IMG/VR virus record: IMGVR_UViG_3300045988_166693
Span: 32,001 to 96,000 of that record
Strand: one strand, 5' to 3'
DNA: 64,000 bases
Origin: a virus
Positions 35,390 to 44,472 of the stretch are shown piece after piece; the first letter of the stretch is position 1, and every line of letters starts with the position of its first letter. The notes under the pieces are model-generated. The model ran no database searches. It was not told the DNA's origin and worked only from the letters and a program-made list of their open reading frames with translations. Made by a program: the position numbers and the translations under genes.

Positions 35390-36418
35390 TTAATGCCTGT
35401 TGAGAGCCTGCGGGCGGAAAACAAAGAGGGCGTTGTCCGGATTGTCGTAGTCGAACAGCGGCGGTTTGGTCTCCGGTTGCGGTGTCTCCGTGACCGGCGG
35501 AACGTAGAGCGGTGATCCCTTGATGAAGTCGCCGAACTGATCCTGGTTGCTGGCGATAAACTTCCGCGCCTGCGTCATCGCATAGGTGGCGTCGTTCTCG
35601 CTGTACTTGCGCTGTTTCTCCGGCCGGCGGGATTCCACATACAGGGCCAGCGTCATGCGGAGCTTGTCCACGGCCTTCTGCCACACGGCATTTACGGCAT
35701 CCTTACCCTCGCCCGTAAACAGATCCGACTCCAGCGAGCGGGTGCACCATTTCACCAGTGCCTCGGTCAGATCCTCCCCTATTTCGGGAGCGATGTAGGC
35801 ATTCTGGCAGTAGCGCACATCGGGGAGCAGGGCGATGAACTTCTCGCGGCTTTCACCGATGTCCAGATAGCGGTTCATCTCAATGGCCGTCGTGAAAAGC
35901 AGGTCGCCCTGCAGGTAGAAGTAACGGCTTTCCCGCCACAGCGCGGCAAATACCGGACTTTCGCTGCACGCATCCTCTTCCAGGAAGATCAGCAGGCGGT
36001 CCAATCCCCGGCGTCCCTTGAAATACGCATCGCGTTCAAACCGGCTCACGGACTTCTCGTCGGCCTTGTCGTAGCCGTCGGTGTACACCTGGTTCAGTCC
36101 TCCCCCGTCGTTCAGACTCACCGTCAGGATGCCGGTGCTGTTGGCCAGTGCGATGTAGACTACCGGCGACTGGCACAGCCGGATCAGCCGGATTTCAGGC
36201 GTGAGCTTTTCCTTGTCCACGTAGGCTGCCGTCACTCCGCCATAGCCCTCTACGGCCTGTTCATAGTCCGCACACACCTTGTCGTAAAGCTTGCGGCCGA
36301 GAATCGGCACAAGGATGTTCTCTTCCGTCTCTTCCATTAGCGTCAGGAGCGACTGGTCGCCGCTGTACACGCTGGTGGGCACGTAAGCCCTGATTTCTTC
36401 GGTTGTATTTACTAACAT
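35390..36418 (-). CDS. hypothetical structural protein (342 aa)
   Basis: The track start 36439 is TTG and lies inside the -7 box. ATG 36418 (MLVNTTEEIRAY) is preferred. Confidence 0.55.
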   Translation of the reverse strand: MLVNTTEEIRAYVPTSVYSGDQSLLTLMEETEENILVPILGRKLYDKVCADYEQAVEGYGGVTAAYVDKEKLTPEIRLIRLCQSPVVYIALANSTGILTVSLNDGGGLNQVYTDGYDKADEKSVSRFERDAYFKGRRGLDRLLIFLEEDACSESPVFAALWRESRYFYLQGDLLFTTAIEMNRYLDIGESREKFIALLPDVRYCQNAYIAPEIGEDLTEALVKWCTRSLESDLFTGEGKDAVNAVWQKAVDKLRMTLALYVESRRPEKQRKYSENDATYAMTQARKFIASNQDQFGDFIKGSPLYVPPVTETPQPETKPPLFDYDNPDNALFVFRPQALNRH

Positions 36419-36436
36419 AGCTGTTTTGTTTTTCCC

Positions 36437-36471
36437 CAAAGTTAGGTATCATATCTGTTAATTTGAAGGAC
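36437..36471 (-). promoter_or_regulatory. late-operon element GTCCTTCA-N19-TAACTTTG (copy E)
   Basis: Minus strand: GTCCTTCAaattaacagatatgataccTAACTTTG. Confidence 0.55.
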
Positions 36472-36577
36472 AGAAAAAGTTCATTAAATTTATTTTTGTT
36501 TCATTTTTGTTGGTTCCATGTGTTGTTTATGAATTATTTTTGTTATTTTTGTCGTGTCAAACCACTGTAATAAAACG

Positions 36578-37036
36578 ATGAAAAAGACTTATGTGCTTAT
36601 GCTTTCGCAATCTTTCCCGGCCAAACACCCCCGGTCGGGAAACGCGACCGGGTTCCGTGAAAAGTTTCTTTCCGGAGAAAAACGGCACACCATCCGCGCT
36701 AACTTTCCGCTTTGGGCGAAACGAATCCGGGAGGTGCAGCAAGGGAAAGCGGAACTTTCCATCCGCCAATGGGAAGGACGTCCTTACCTGAGCCGGCAGG
36801 TCATTATCGGATGTCTGACCGCAGAATCAGGTATAGGAATCCAGAAACTTACGTTTCAGCTTGACAGGGACGGATGTGCCTCTTTCAAATTCTTCGACAT
36901 CGACGGCAAATATCCGGAACTGACAGAACTGGCGGCGAACGACGGCCTGTCGGTAGACGACTGGAAAGAGTGGTTTCGCGGTTATGACTTCAGTCAGCCG
37001 ATGGCAGTTATTCAGTTCGGTAAATTCAGGTATTAG
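36578..37036 (+). CDS. hypothetical protein (152 aa), first early gene
   Basis: ATG 36578 (MKKTYVLMLSQSF...). Possibly ASCH-like, but I cannot confirm this. Confidence 0.5.
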   Translation: MKKTYVLMLSQSFPAKHPRSGNATGFREKFLSGEKRHTIRANFPLWAKRIREVQQGKAELSIRQWEGRPYLSRQVIIGCLTAESGIGIQKLTFQLDRDGCASFKFFDIDGKYPELTELAANDGLSVDDWKEWFRGYDFSQPMAVIQFGKFRY

Positions 37037-37038
37037 TT

Positions 37039-37206
37039 ATGAAAGGATATCTTAAAATAGCCGTAATAATAACAATCTGTTCATGGCTTTTATGGACCCT
37101 CTGCCATTTTTTAGGCATGGATTACGACATTGCCCTCATTGAACTTATGCTTATTTATTTAGTGATTGATAGAGTGAAAGAGAAAATCAGAAACGATAAA
37201 CAATAA
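37039..37206 (+). CDS. small membrane protein (55 aa)
   Basis: My translation: MKGYLKIAVIITICSWLLWTLCHFLGMDYDIALIELMLIYLVIDRVKEKIRNDKQ. Below the track cutoff. It fills the gap between neighbouring genes exactly. Confidence 0.45.
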   Translation: MKGYLKIAVIITICSWLLWTLCHFLGMDYDIALIELMLIYLVIDRVKEKIRNDKQ

Positions 37207-37212
37207 TAATAT

Positions 37213-37671
37213 ATGGATAATATAACCAAACAGCAAGCTGTTGAAATCATGGAAAAGGCTTTCGATCTGAAAGATTTCAACAACAGAGAAGACGGAAAAT
37301 CCTTTTATCGCGAAGATGGCGAAAGCGTTTCCTTCTTTTTTGATACAAGGCAGTATGACAGGCCGACAGTTATAGAAAAACTGAAAGAATGCTTGCAGGA
37401 TATGAATTTAGAACAGGGACAATTCCGTATAGACAGTATGACTCTTCTAAATATAAAAGTGACAATCATGCCAAAAACTGAATTTAAAATAGGAGATACA
37501 TTCCAGTGCGGACTGGTGAAGCTGAAATGTGTGGGTAATATAGAAGGATGCAGAGAGTGTTACTTCGATCAGGAAGAGCCGTGTTTTGCTCATGTTTCAC
37601 TAGTAGGGCATTGTGACAGCCTATCACGTGAAGATAAAACCGATGTAATTTTTGTAAAGGTGGAGGATTGA
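37213..37671 (+). CDS. hypothetical protein; C-terminal Cys-rich domain paralogous to 38474..38689
   Basis: MPKTEFKIGDTFQCGLVKLKC...SLSREDKTDVIFVKVED aligns with MPKKEFKIGETFQIGFVRLKA...ALKREDKTDVIFVKVEE. Confidence 0.55.
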   Translation: MDNITKQQAVEIMEKAFDLKDFNNREDGKSFYREDGESVSFFFDTRQYDRPTVIEKLKECLQDMNLEQGQFRIDSMTLLNIKVTIMPKTEFKIGDTFQCGLVKLKCVGNIEGCRECYFDQEEPCFAHVSLVGHCDSLSREDKTDVIFVKVED

Positions 37672-37674
37672 AAT

Positions 37675-38010
37675 ATGAAAGCAAAAGTTTTATCTACCGG
37701 GAAAATTATTGAAGTTGAGTTGAACCTTAATTCTCAACCTACTTCAAAGTCTGGTGCAAAAAGTGTATATGAAGGCTCTGACGGGCATACCTATTTTGAT
37801 ACCGAACTGGATTTCAAAAATGTTTATCCGGATTGGCAGCAAGTAAGGATACAGGCTGCAATTGCAATAATGGCAGCGAATCATGCGAGTCCTGAGCTAA
37901 TGCAATTTCTAACCACAAAAGAAGATTTCCCATTTAAAGCACTTGCTAAAGTGTCTGTCAAATCAGCGGATGCACTTGTTAGTGAACTTCAAAAATCAAT
38001 GGAGTTATAA
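37675..38010 (+). CDS. hypothetical protein (111 aa)
   Basis: ATG ORF in the tightly packed early array. Confidence 0.5.
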   Translation: MKAKVLSTGKIIEVELNLNSQPTSKSGAKSVYEGSDGHTYFDTELDFKNVYPDWQQVRIQAAIAIMAANHASPELMQFLTTKEDFPFKALAKVSVKSADALVSELQKSMEL

Positions 38011-38011
38011 T

Positions 38012-38212
38012 ATGGCAGCTTATAACGTAAACGGGCGGTGCGAAGACTGCACATTTGCTGACGCATTTGGAAGAAGTTGCCAGCATGGGATTCTCTTCCC
38101 TGTTATGGTTCTGATGTCATTCGGGGACGTGTACAATTGTCCGAACTTTCAGAAGAAAAATGATGAACAGCTTCAGGAACAAATTCGATTAAAGAACAAA
38201 GGAAATAAATAG
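38012..38212 (+). CDS. small Cys-rich protein (66 aa)
   Basis: ATG 38012 (MAAYNVNGRCEDCTFADAFGRSCQHG...), 1 nt after the previous stop. Confidence 0.45.
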   Translation: MAAYNVNGRCEDCTFADAFGRSCQHGILFPVMVLMSFGDVYNCPNFQKKNDEQLQEQIRLKNKGNK

Positions 38213-38215
38213 GAT

Positions 38216-38470
38216 ATGGACTTCAAGAAATTAAAAAGGCTACAAGAACTTATAGACACCCATGAATGGCAAGAAAATTACGGCCTTATGGTATGGATAG
38301 ACTATTCCAATTGCCAGGAGGTGTTTAATGATATATTGAAAGTAGATTTTGAAACTTATGTAGACTGCGTGGCACAAAATACCGGTATTTGCATTTCCCA
38401 TTTTGAAGATGTGCTGAGCTATTATACCAGTGAGAATATTGAGGACTTATTCCCTAAAGACGAGGATTGA
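38216..38470 (+). CDS. hypothetical protein (84 aa)
   Basis: ATG ORF in the packed early array. Confidence 0.5.
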   Translation: MDFKKLKRLQELIDTHEWQENYGLMVWIDYSNCQEVFNDILKVDFETYVDCVAQNTGICISHFEDVLSYYTSENIEDLFPKDED

Positions 38471-38473
38471 AAT

Positions 38474-38689
38474 ATGCCAAAGAAAGAATTTAAGATAGGA
38501 GAAACTTTTCAGATTGGATTTGTAAGGCTGAAAGCAGAGAAACCACCAAAAGGTGTAATCGCATGCTGCCATTGTTTCATAGGCGGTCTAACAAGTGATT
38601 GCCGCGTGTTCAAACAAGTAATTGGTGAATGTTCCGCATTAAAGCGTGAAGATAAAACCGATGTAATCTTTGTAAAAGTGGAGGAATAA
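38474..38689 (+). CDS. small Cys-rich protein (71 aa), paralog of the 37213..37671 C-terminus
   Basis: See 37213..37671. Confidence 0.55.
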   Translation: MPKKEFKIGETFQIGFVRLKAEKPPKGVIACCHCFIGGLTSDCRVFKQVIGECSALKREDKTDVIFVKVEE

Positions 38690-38692
38690 AAT

Positions 38693-39214
38693 ATGGACTT
38701 CAAATCACAAATAGCAACCACACGCGACCAGTCGGAAATACTTCTTTCGCTGGGCCTGAAACCGGAAACGGCCGACATGGTGTATCACCACACTAACAGC
38801 CGCGTAAAATCAATGGAATGGGAACTTCAAACAAAACCTCCCACATTGAGAGGAAAGTTCTGGTCTCCGGAAAGAATCGCAAAACTAAAAAGCCCTTTCC
38901 ATAAACACCCGGACGGTACCCTGATGACTGGTGAGGAGATTTTCGACGCTCTCTGGGGAAAAGATGTTCCTGCATGGAGCCTGGACCGTCTTTTGGAAAT
39001 TATGCCGAAGTCAATCCCTCAAAGTAAACGTCCAAACGCGGATTTTGCAATGAATAGCGACGGAACCTTCTGGTTCATTTCATACGAAGAACTTGGATAT
39101 GATATGAAGCATCAGGAAATGAATATTGGCTCTTTTGACACCGCTATTTCCATGATTAGATGGCTTATAGAAAATAATCACCTGAACAAAGAATACTTAA
39201 AAGCAAAACCATGA
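38693..39214 (+). CDS. hypothetical protein (173 aa)
   Basis: ATG ORF in the packed early array. Confidence 0.5.
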   Translation: MDFKSQIATTRDQSEILLSLGLKPETADMVYHHTNSRVKSMEWELQTKPPTLRGKFWSPERIAKLKSPFHKHPDGTLMTGEEIFDALWGKDVPAWSLDRLLEIMPKSIPQSKRPNADFAMNSDGTFWFISYEELGYDMKHQEMNIGSFDTAISMIRWLIENNHLNKEYLKAKP

Positions 39215-39531
39215 AAAGAGAAGAAATAGAAAAAGCAGCTAAAAAGGAGGCTGAAGAACTGGCATGCTTAGTATATTACGGAGGAAGTTCAATCTCACAG
39301 GAAGATGTTGAGAATGCTTGCGTGAAAATTGCAGAATGGCGTATCAACAGCGTGTGGCATGATGTAAAAGAACGTCCGGACGAAAATGAACCGACTATTA
39401 TAGAAAAGAATAATGGAAAAACATTTTTTGCAGAGAAAGGATATAAAGGTCCATGGAAATACAATGTAGAACAATTTGGATTTAAAAGATGGGCATACAT
39501 AAAAGACTTAATACCTAATACAGAAAAATAA
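39211..39531 (+). CDS. hypothetical protein (106 aa)
   Basis: ATG ORF with a 4-nt overlap with the upstream gene. Confidence 0.5.
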   Translation: MKREEIEKAAKKEAEELACLVYYGGSSISQEDVENACVKIAEWRINSVWHDVKERPDENEPTIIEKNNGKTFFAEKGYKGPWKYNVEQFGFKRWAYIKDLIPNTEK

Positions 39532-39542
39532 AAATAGCTGAT

Positions 39543-39857
39543 ATGAAAATATATGAGACACCAAATCCATTCTTTTTAAGCGACATATTCGTCTTTGCAG
39601 AAGTAGAGGAAATCGGGCTATGTTACATAAAAGTGAATTGTTTTAACAGAATCGAAGAAATTGGTTTTGATATTCAACGAAGAATGTGCCGGACTATTGA
39701 AGACATTATGAAATCTGCTAAAAAAGCTACAAAAATTCACAGACATATTTTCACCAGTATTGATATTGAATATTGGGGAAAAATCCGTAATCAATGGTTG
39801 CGGTCCGTGAAAACTCAAACATACATAGAAAATAATTCTGGAACCATTATTATGTAG
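39543..39857 (+). CDS. hypothetical protein (104 aa)
   Basis: ATG ORF in the packed early array. Confidence 0.45.
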   Translation: MKIYETPNPFFLSDIFVFAEVEEIGLCYIKVNCFNRIEEIGFDIQRRMCRTIEDIMKSAKKATKIHRHIFTSIDIEYWGKIRNQWLRSVKTQTYIENNSGTIIM

Positions 39858-39860
39858 ATT

Positions 39861-40223
39861 ATGGAAGACGTAATGAAGTTAAAAGAACAGAATAACACGT
39901 TAAAGATTAAAATTTGCAGCTATAGAACATGGATTAAAAAAAATCCAAAAGTTCAGAAATACGAATTATGGGATGGTGTAAAAGGTTGGATAAGAGAAAC
40001 AATAAATCCTACTTTAAAGAAAAATGGATGGATAGAATGTATAAATGAATGGGATTATGGGCTTTTTATGAATGAAAAGCCAAAACAAATGGCGATTAGA
40101 TTATTAAAAAATACGTTTGGAGAAGAATGGATGAAAGATAAAGAGTTTGTTTATAATCCTTATTATTACACTGGTAATAATAATTTTATGGATGTTCTAT
40201 ACGTATTTTACAAAAAAAATTAA
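39861..40223 (+). CDS. hypothetical protein (120 aa)
   Basis: ATG ORF in the packed early array. Confidence 0.45.
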   Translation: MEDVMKLKEQNNTLKIKICSYRTWIKKNPKVQKYELWDGVKGWIRETINPTLKKNGWIECINEWDYGLFMNEKPKQMAIRLLKNTFGEEWMKDKEFVYNPYYYTGNNNFMDVLYVFYKKN

Positions 40224-40232
40224 AAATAAATT

Positions 40233-40655
40233 ATGGAACCAATAATAAAATTCAGAGGTCAGGAAATAGACTCAAACAAATGGCTGTATGGCGACTTATT
40301 CCAGCGGCTCGGATGCTATCCCGAGATTATATTCCCATACATCGACGAAAACGGGAAAACGCAATATGCTGAAATAGCAGTAAAGGAAAAGACGGTAGGC
40401 CAGTTCATCGGGAGAAAAGATAAGGACAAAACGGAAATCTACGACGGAGACATAATAACTGTCAACGGAGACTTTCCAAAATTGGTGAAATTTATCCCAG
40501 AGAGAGCAGCCTTTTGTATCGCCAATATTTGTGATTTGAACAATCAGGACCAATTGGATATTTGGATGCAACCTCCTATATCATGGTGGGAGAAAATGGA
40601 TATAGATGTAATAGGTAATATTCACGATAACCCCGAACTTCTAAATATAAATTGA
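40233..40655 (+). CDS. YopX-family phage protein
   Basis: N-terminal KFRGQEIDSNKWLYGDL and C-terminal VIGNIHDNPELL are the characteristic YopX ends. Confidence 0.65.
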   Translation: MEPIIKFRGQEIDSNKWLYGDLFQRLGCYPEIIFPYIDENGKTQYAEIAVKEKTVGQFIGRKDKDKTEIYDGDIITVNGDFPKLVKFIPERAAFCIANICDLNNQDQLDIWMQPPISWWEKMDIDVIGNIHDNPELLNIN

Positions 40656-40657
40656 TT

Positions 40658-41308
40658 ATGAAAACAATAGAAATATACGAAACAAATGATGGTAGCCGAT
40701 TCGACAAAAAAGAAAAAGCTATTAAATATGAAGAACTGTGCGATAAATGCAATTCGATAAATCTAAAACTCGGAATATTAGGACGTGACTTAGAATCAAA
40801 TGAGTATATACAGCATGATCCGGAAGTCATAAAAAACACATTTAGAGAGTTTATGGGTATTGTAGCAGATTCAATACCTGATTATTCCAACATGGCTATT
40901 GAATGTGGTAACGGGGAAAGGCACATGAGCCATATATATCGAGTCATCTCTGATTATAACATTATATGCCTTAGCAATTTAATGTTTAGATTTTACTGTA
41001 TCGACTTTAAAAATGGAAAAGAGTTTCAGCAACCTTACTTCACTTCACATCAAGAAAAAGTGACAGTCAGAGTGAAATTAGACAACTGCGAAAACTTCTT
41101 CCACACCTGCGCAACATGCAACAGCTATGGCGACGGGAAATGTACCAATTTCGGGAAGGAAGTAAAAGCGGAAGATTCCTGCAAATACTATCAGTCGGAC
41201 GTGATTGAATATACCTGCCAGCAGTGTGGACGTAAATACGAAATCACTGATTCCGATGCTGGAAATCGTGAGAAATTTTGCTGCAAAGCATGTGAAAACG
41301 GAAATTAA
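40658..41308 (+). CDS. hypothetical protein with C-terminal zinc-ribbon-like Cys pairs
   Basis: The track start 40652 is TTG; ATG is at 40658. CATCNSYGDGKC ... CQQCGRKYE ... CCKACENG. Confidence 0.5.
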   Translation: MKTIEIYETNDGSRFDKKEKAIKYEELCDKCNSINLKLGILGRDLESNEYIQHDPEVIKNTFREFMGIVADSIPDYSNMAIECGNGERHMSHIYRVISDYNIICLSNLMFRFYCIDFKNGKEFQQPYFTSHQEKVTVRVKLDNCENFFHTCATCNSYGDGKCTNFGKEVKAEDSCKYYQSDVIEYTCQQCGRKYEITDSDAGNREKFCCKACENGN

Positions 41309-41324
41309 TCAAAACTAAGCAACC

Positions 41325-41675
41325 ATGAAAATAGAAATTACACCTGAAGAAATGCTGGAGAGATTCAAGCTCTACGGAGAAATTTATCTGCTTCTGGCTC
41401 CCGTCTGTGAATATGATGACATGGACGATTTCAGTATAGAAAGTTATGAGATTATCGACAAGCTGGATTTAGAGGATGAAATATTTGTCCTGGCAGATGG
41501 CGATGAAGTCAGGTTTAAAGGCGTGGAATTTACAGAAGATATGCTGTATATTCTATATACGAACGAAGATGGATTTGAAGAATATGCACACCCAGTCATA
41601 CACCTGGAAACAGAATCCATCCGAAAAGTGAAATCAATTCTGGAACAATATGTAAATGCAATCATCCATGAGTAA
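41325..41675 (+). CDS. hypothetical acidic protein (116 aa)
   Basis: ATG ORF in the early array. Confidence 0.45.
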   Translation: MKIEITPEEMLERFKLYGEIYLLLAPVCEYDDMDDFSIESYEIIDKLDLEDEIFVLADGDEVRFKGVEFTEDMLYILYTNEDGFEEYAHPVIHLETESIRKVKSILEQYVNAIIHE

Positions 41676-41746
41676 AACCAAATTATATTATCTGTTTTTG
41701 GCAGCCATGTATGTGGTGTTGTCGTAACCTGTAAAACTGGAATATT

Positions 41747-41956
41747 ATGCAGTACATTTTAACCGAAGAAGAATATAGAAATCTCGCACCTGTAAGTAAG
41801 GTGCAAAAGCTGGAGGAAAAGATTGAAAGACTTAATGCTAAGGTTTTAGAACTTGGTCATCATGGAATATGTATGAGAGACAAAGGAGATTACTGTGACT
41901 TTTGCGCTCTGTCCGGACTAGATACATGTAAAAAGAGTAAGAACTATTCAAAATAA
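41747..41956 (+). CDS. hypothetical protein (69 aa)
   Basis: ATG ORF. Its last codons contain a copy of the IS607-end repeat AACTATTCAA. Confidence 0.4.
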   Translation: MQYILTEEEYRNLAPVSKVQKLEEKIERLNAKVLELGHHGICMRDKGDYCDFCALSGLDTCKKSKNYSK

Positions 41957-42037
41957 TAAGTCCTTATAATACAGAAAAATATTAAAACTATTCAATAATA
42001 TATTTGATATTTCATATTATAAGACTATATTTGTGAT

Positions 42038-42646
42038 ATGAAATCATCAAAGGTATTAAAGATATTAAATATTAGCAGGCAAACGCTTGTCAAATATGTA
42101 AAGAATGGCGATATACGTGTAGTGATGCAGGCGAACAAGCAGTATGACTACAACGAAGAAGACGTATATCGAAAAGCCGGACTTTCCGAAAATCGTGTAA
42201 ATGTGGTTTATGCGAGAGTTTCAACTTCTAAACAGAAAAGAGACCTCGAGAATCAGGCAGAAACTCTTATAAGCTATTGTAATTCGAATGGAGTGAAAGT
42301 AGATAAAGTGTATAAGGATATAGCAAGCGGAATGAATTTTGAAAGGAAACAGTTCCGCTCTATGCTGGAAGATGTCTTGAATTATAGAATAAGGAGTATA
42401 TACATTACGTACAAAGACCGCTTCAGCAGAATATCCTTTGATATGTTTGAACGTCTGTTTTTGGAATACAACTGCAAGATTATTGTAATCAACAAAACCG
42501 AATCAACGACTGAAGATGATGAGAAGGAAATATTTTCCGACATCATTTCAATGCTTCACTGCTTTGCCATGAAGATGTATTCAAGGAGACGGAAAAAGAA
42601 AATGGAACTGATAAGGGAGGACTTGAAAAATGAACTTGATATATAG
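42038..42646 (+). CDS. tnpA: IS607-type serine recombinase transposase
   Basis: N-terminal MerR-like HTH (LKILNISRQTLVKYVKNGDI) followed by a resolvase catalytic core (VVYARVSTSKQKRDLENQ). 202 aa, and it overlaps tnpB. Confidence 0.8.
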   Translation: MKSSKVLKILNISRQTLVKYVKNGDIRVVMQANKQYDYNEEDVYRKAGLSENRVNVVYARVSTSKQKRDLENQAETLISYCNSNGVKVDKVYKDIASGMNFERKQFRSMLEDVLNYRIRSIYITYKDRFSRISFDMFERLFLEYNCKIIVINKTESTTEDDEKEIFSDIISMLHCFAMKMYSRRRKKKMELIREDLKNELDI

Positions 42647-43862
42647 TTTTTACATTCCGCAAACGGAACAGCTTGTAAACCTGTGCAGGGTTTCAAACAA
42701 CCTCTACAATCAGGCCTTATACCTGTTCCGTCATTCTCTCAAGAATGAGAATAAATGGCTGTGGTATGCCGACATGGATAAGCTGATGAAAGCTACGCCT
42801 AATCTTGAGGGGGAGATAAACTATAAACTTCTGAAAGCTCAGGTTTCGCAGCAAATCCTGAAGGTTCTGGACAGAAATGTGAAAGCATACTGCAAGGCAA
42901 TAAAGGACTTCAAGGAACAACCTTCTAAATATAAGGCAATGCCGCAGCTTCCGTCTTTCAGAAAGCGCGGCAGTCTGTTTAACCTGTATTACACGAATCA
43001 GGCCGCAAGCATTAAGGATGGAAAAATCCGTCTTGCTAAAGACCTGAATATAATCATTCCGCAATGGGATAAGTACAAGGAGCGTATTCAAGACTTTCAG
43101 CAAGTAAGAATAATTCCTTCCGGAAAGAAACTGAAAGTGGAAATAGTTTACCGTTATGAAATCAAAGATGAAAATCTGGATAAAACCAGATATGCTTCAA
43201 TAGATTTAGGCATTGACAATCTTGCCACAATGGTAACTGATAATGGAAGTTTCCTTTACAGCGGAAAGTTCCTGAAGTCTTATAACAGAAACTTTAACCG
43301 CCAGCTGGCCCGACTGCAAAGTATAAAGGACAAGCAGGGAATAAAGAAAGCTACAAAGCGGATGCAAAATCTTTATGAAAAGCGTGACAGATACTTTGAG
43401 GACGCATTTCATAAATACAGCCGCATGATAGTGAATCATCTTATAGAAAACAGAATAGGAAACTTAGTTGTAGGCTACAACACCGGCTGGAAGCAGTCGG
43501 TAAACATCGGAAAGCGCAACAATCAGAAGTTCGTGCAGATTCCGTTTGCGAGACTGGCTTCCTATCTGAAATATAAATGTGAAATGGCTGGCATACGGTT
43601 CGTGGAAAATGAAGAATCCTATACATCAAAGTGTGATGCGCTTGCCAAGGAAGAAATCGGGAAACATGAGTCGTATCTCGGAAAGAGAGTAAAACGTGGA
43701 CTGTTCCGTTCTTCTACAGGCAGATACATCAATGCCGATGTAAATGGAGCAGTAAACATTTTAAGAAAAGTAGTCGGTGAGTCTGATTGTATCAGTCAGA
43801 TAACCGGTAGCGGGCGGTTGTTGCGTCCGATAAGGTACAGAAGCCCTTTCAGGGTTGCGTGA
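42630..43862 (+). CDS. tnpB: TnpB (RuvC-like, RNA-guided nuclease family)
   Basis: RuvC triad contexts IDLGIDNLAT, ENEESYTSKCD and NADVNGAVNILRK. 410 aa, directly downstream of tnpA. Confidence 0.8.
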   Translation: MNLIYSFYIPQTEQLVNLCRVSNNLYNQALYLFRHSLKNENKWLWYADMDKLMKATPNLEGEINYKLLKAQVSQQILKVLDRNVKAYCKAIKDFKEQPSKYKAMPQLPSFRKRGSLFNLYYTNQAASIKDGKIRLAKDLNIIIPQWDKYKERIQDFQQVRIIPSGKKLKVEIVYRYEIKDENLDKTRYASIDLGIDNLATMVTDNGSFLYSGKFLKSYNRNFNRQLARLQSIKDKQGIKKATKRMQNLYEKRDRYFEDAFHKYSRMIVNHLIENRIGNLVVGYNTGWKQSVNIGKRNNQKFVQIPFARLASYLKYKCEMAGIRFVENEESYTSKCDALAKEEIGKHESYLGKRVKRGLFRSSTGRYINADVNGAVNILRKVVGESDCISQITGSGRLLRPIRYRSPFRVA

Positions 43863-43944
43863 CTTATGCAAAAAACAGAATAGATTTTAATAATTTGAAT
43901 AGTTTTTACAACATAAAATAACAAACCATTAAAACTACATCGCT

Positions 43945-44463
43945 ATGGAATTTAAACATCAGAAAGACCTAGGTCCGGACGCCATTCAGAAATGGTGTGA
44001 GGAACTGGACCGGAAACCAAAGATAGAAATAAATGATACACAAAGAAGACTACTTTCCATTTTCAAAATGAATCATGAAATTGTTGGTAATTTCCTGAAT
44101 GCACATAAAGAACTGTCTTCGCAGTTTGATTACACTTCTTTCCTGATAAATCTTATAGAAAAAAATTTTACTTTCAAGATAGATTATCCTTCAGCACTTA
44201 TAATGAGCACACTGGTAGACCGACCGGCCATCGCTGTAATGTATGCCAATTACCTCCAGTATAAATGTTTCCAGTACGGAATCAAGGAAATAAACATTAA
44301 TGCTCTGAAATATATATTACTTTGTAAAGGAGTATTCAGTGAGGAAGTTTTGCATGAAATGTGGGACAAACAAAAGTATATCAGTGAAAAAGAAAGAGGA
44401 CTTCTCAACATGCTGGATAATGCTTATTTTATGGAAAGTATAAGGGATATTAAAGTAAAATAA
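43945..44463 (+). CDS. hypothetical protein (172 aa)
   Basis: ATG ORF immediately upstream of the radical-SAM gene. Confidence 0.5.
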   Translation: MEFKHQKDLGPDAIQKWCEELDRKPKIEINDTQRRLLSIFKMNHEIVGNFLNAHKELSSQFDYTSFLINLIEKNFTFKIDYPSALIMSTLVDRPAIAVMYANYLQYKCFQYGIKEININALKYILLCKGVFSEEVLHEMWDKQKYISEKERGLLNMLDNAYFMESIRDIKVK

Positions 44464-44472
44464 CAAAGGACT

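Larger units (their letters stand above)
41984..43906 (+). mobile_element. IS607-family insertion sequence (tnpA serine recombinase plus tnpB)
   Basis: Two-gene tnpA/tnpB unit bounded by a perfect 12-bp inverted repeat: AAAACTATTCAA (41984..41995) and TTGAATAGTTTT (43895..43906). Boundaries are approximate. Confidence 0.65.

Noticed and set aside
34431-35515. ORFs 34431..35030 (-), 34565..35515 (+), 34894..35106 (-) and 35343..35684 (-)
   Set aside because: Alternative-frame and antisense shadows in GC-rich genes 34319..35320 and 35390..36418. Their translations are Arg/Pro/Gly-rich.
42038-42646. Serine recombinase as the phage integrase
   Set aside because: It is only 202 aa, with a MerR-type HTH and no large C-terminal recombinase or zinc-ribbon domain. 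It also overlaps a tnpB gene and is bounded by short inverted repeats, which is the IS607 architecture.
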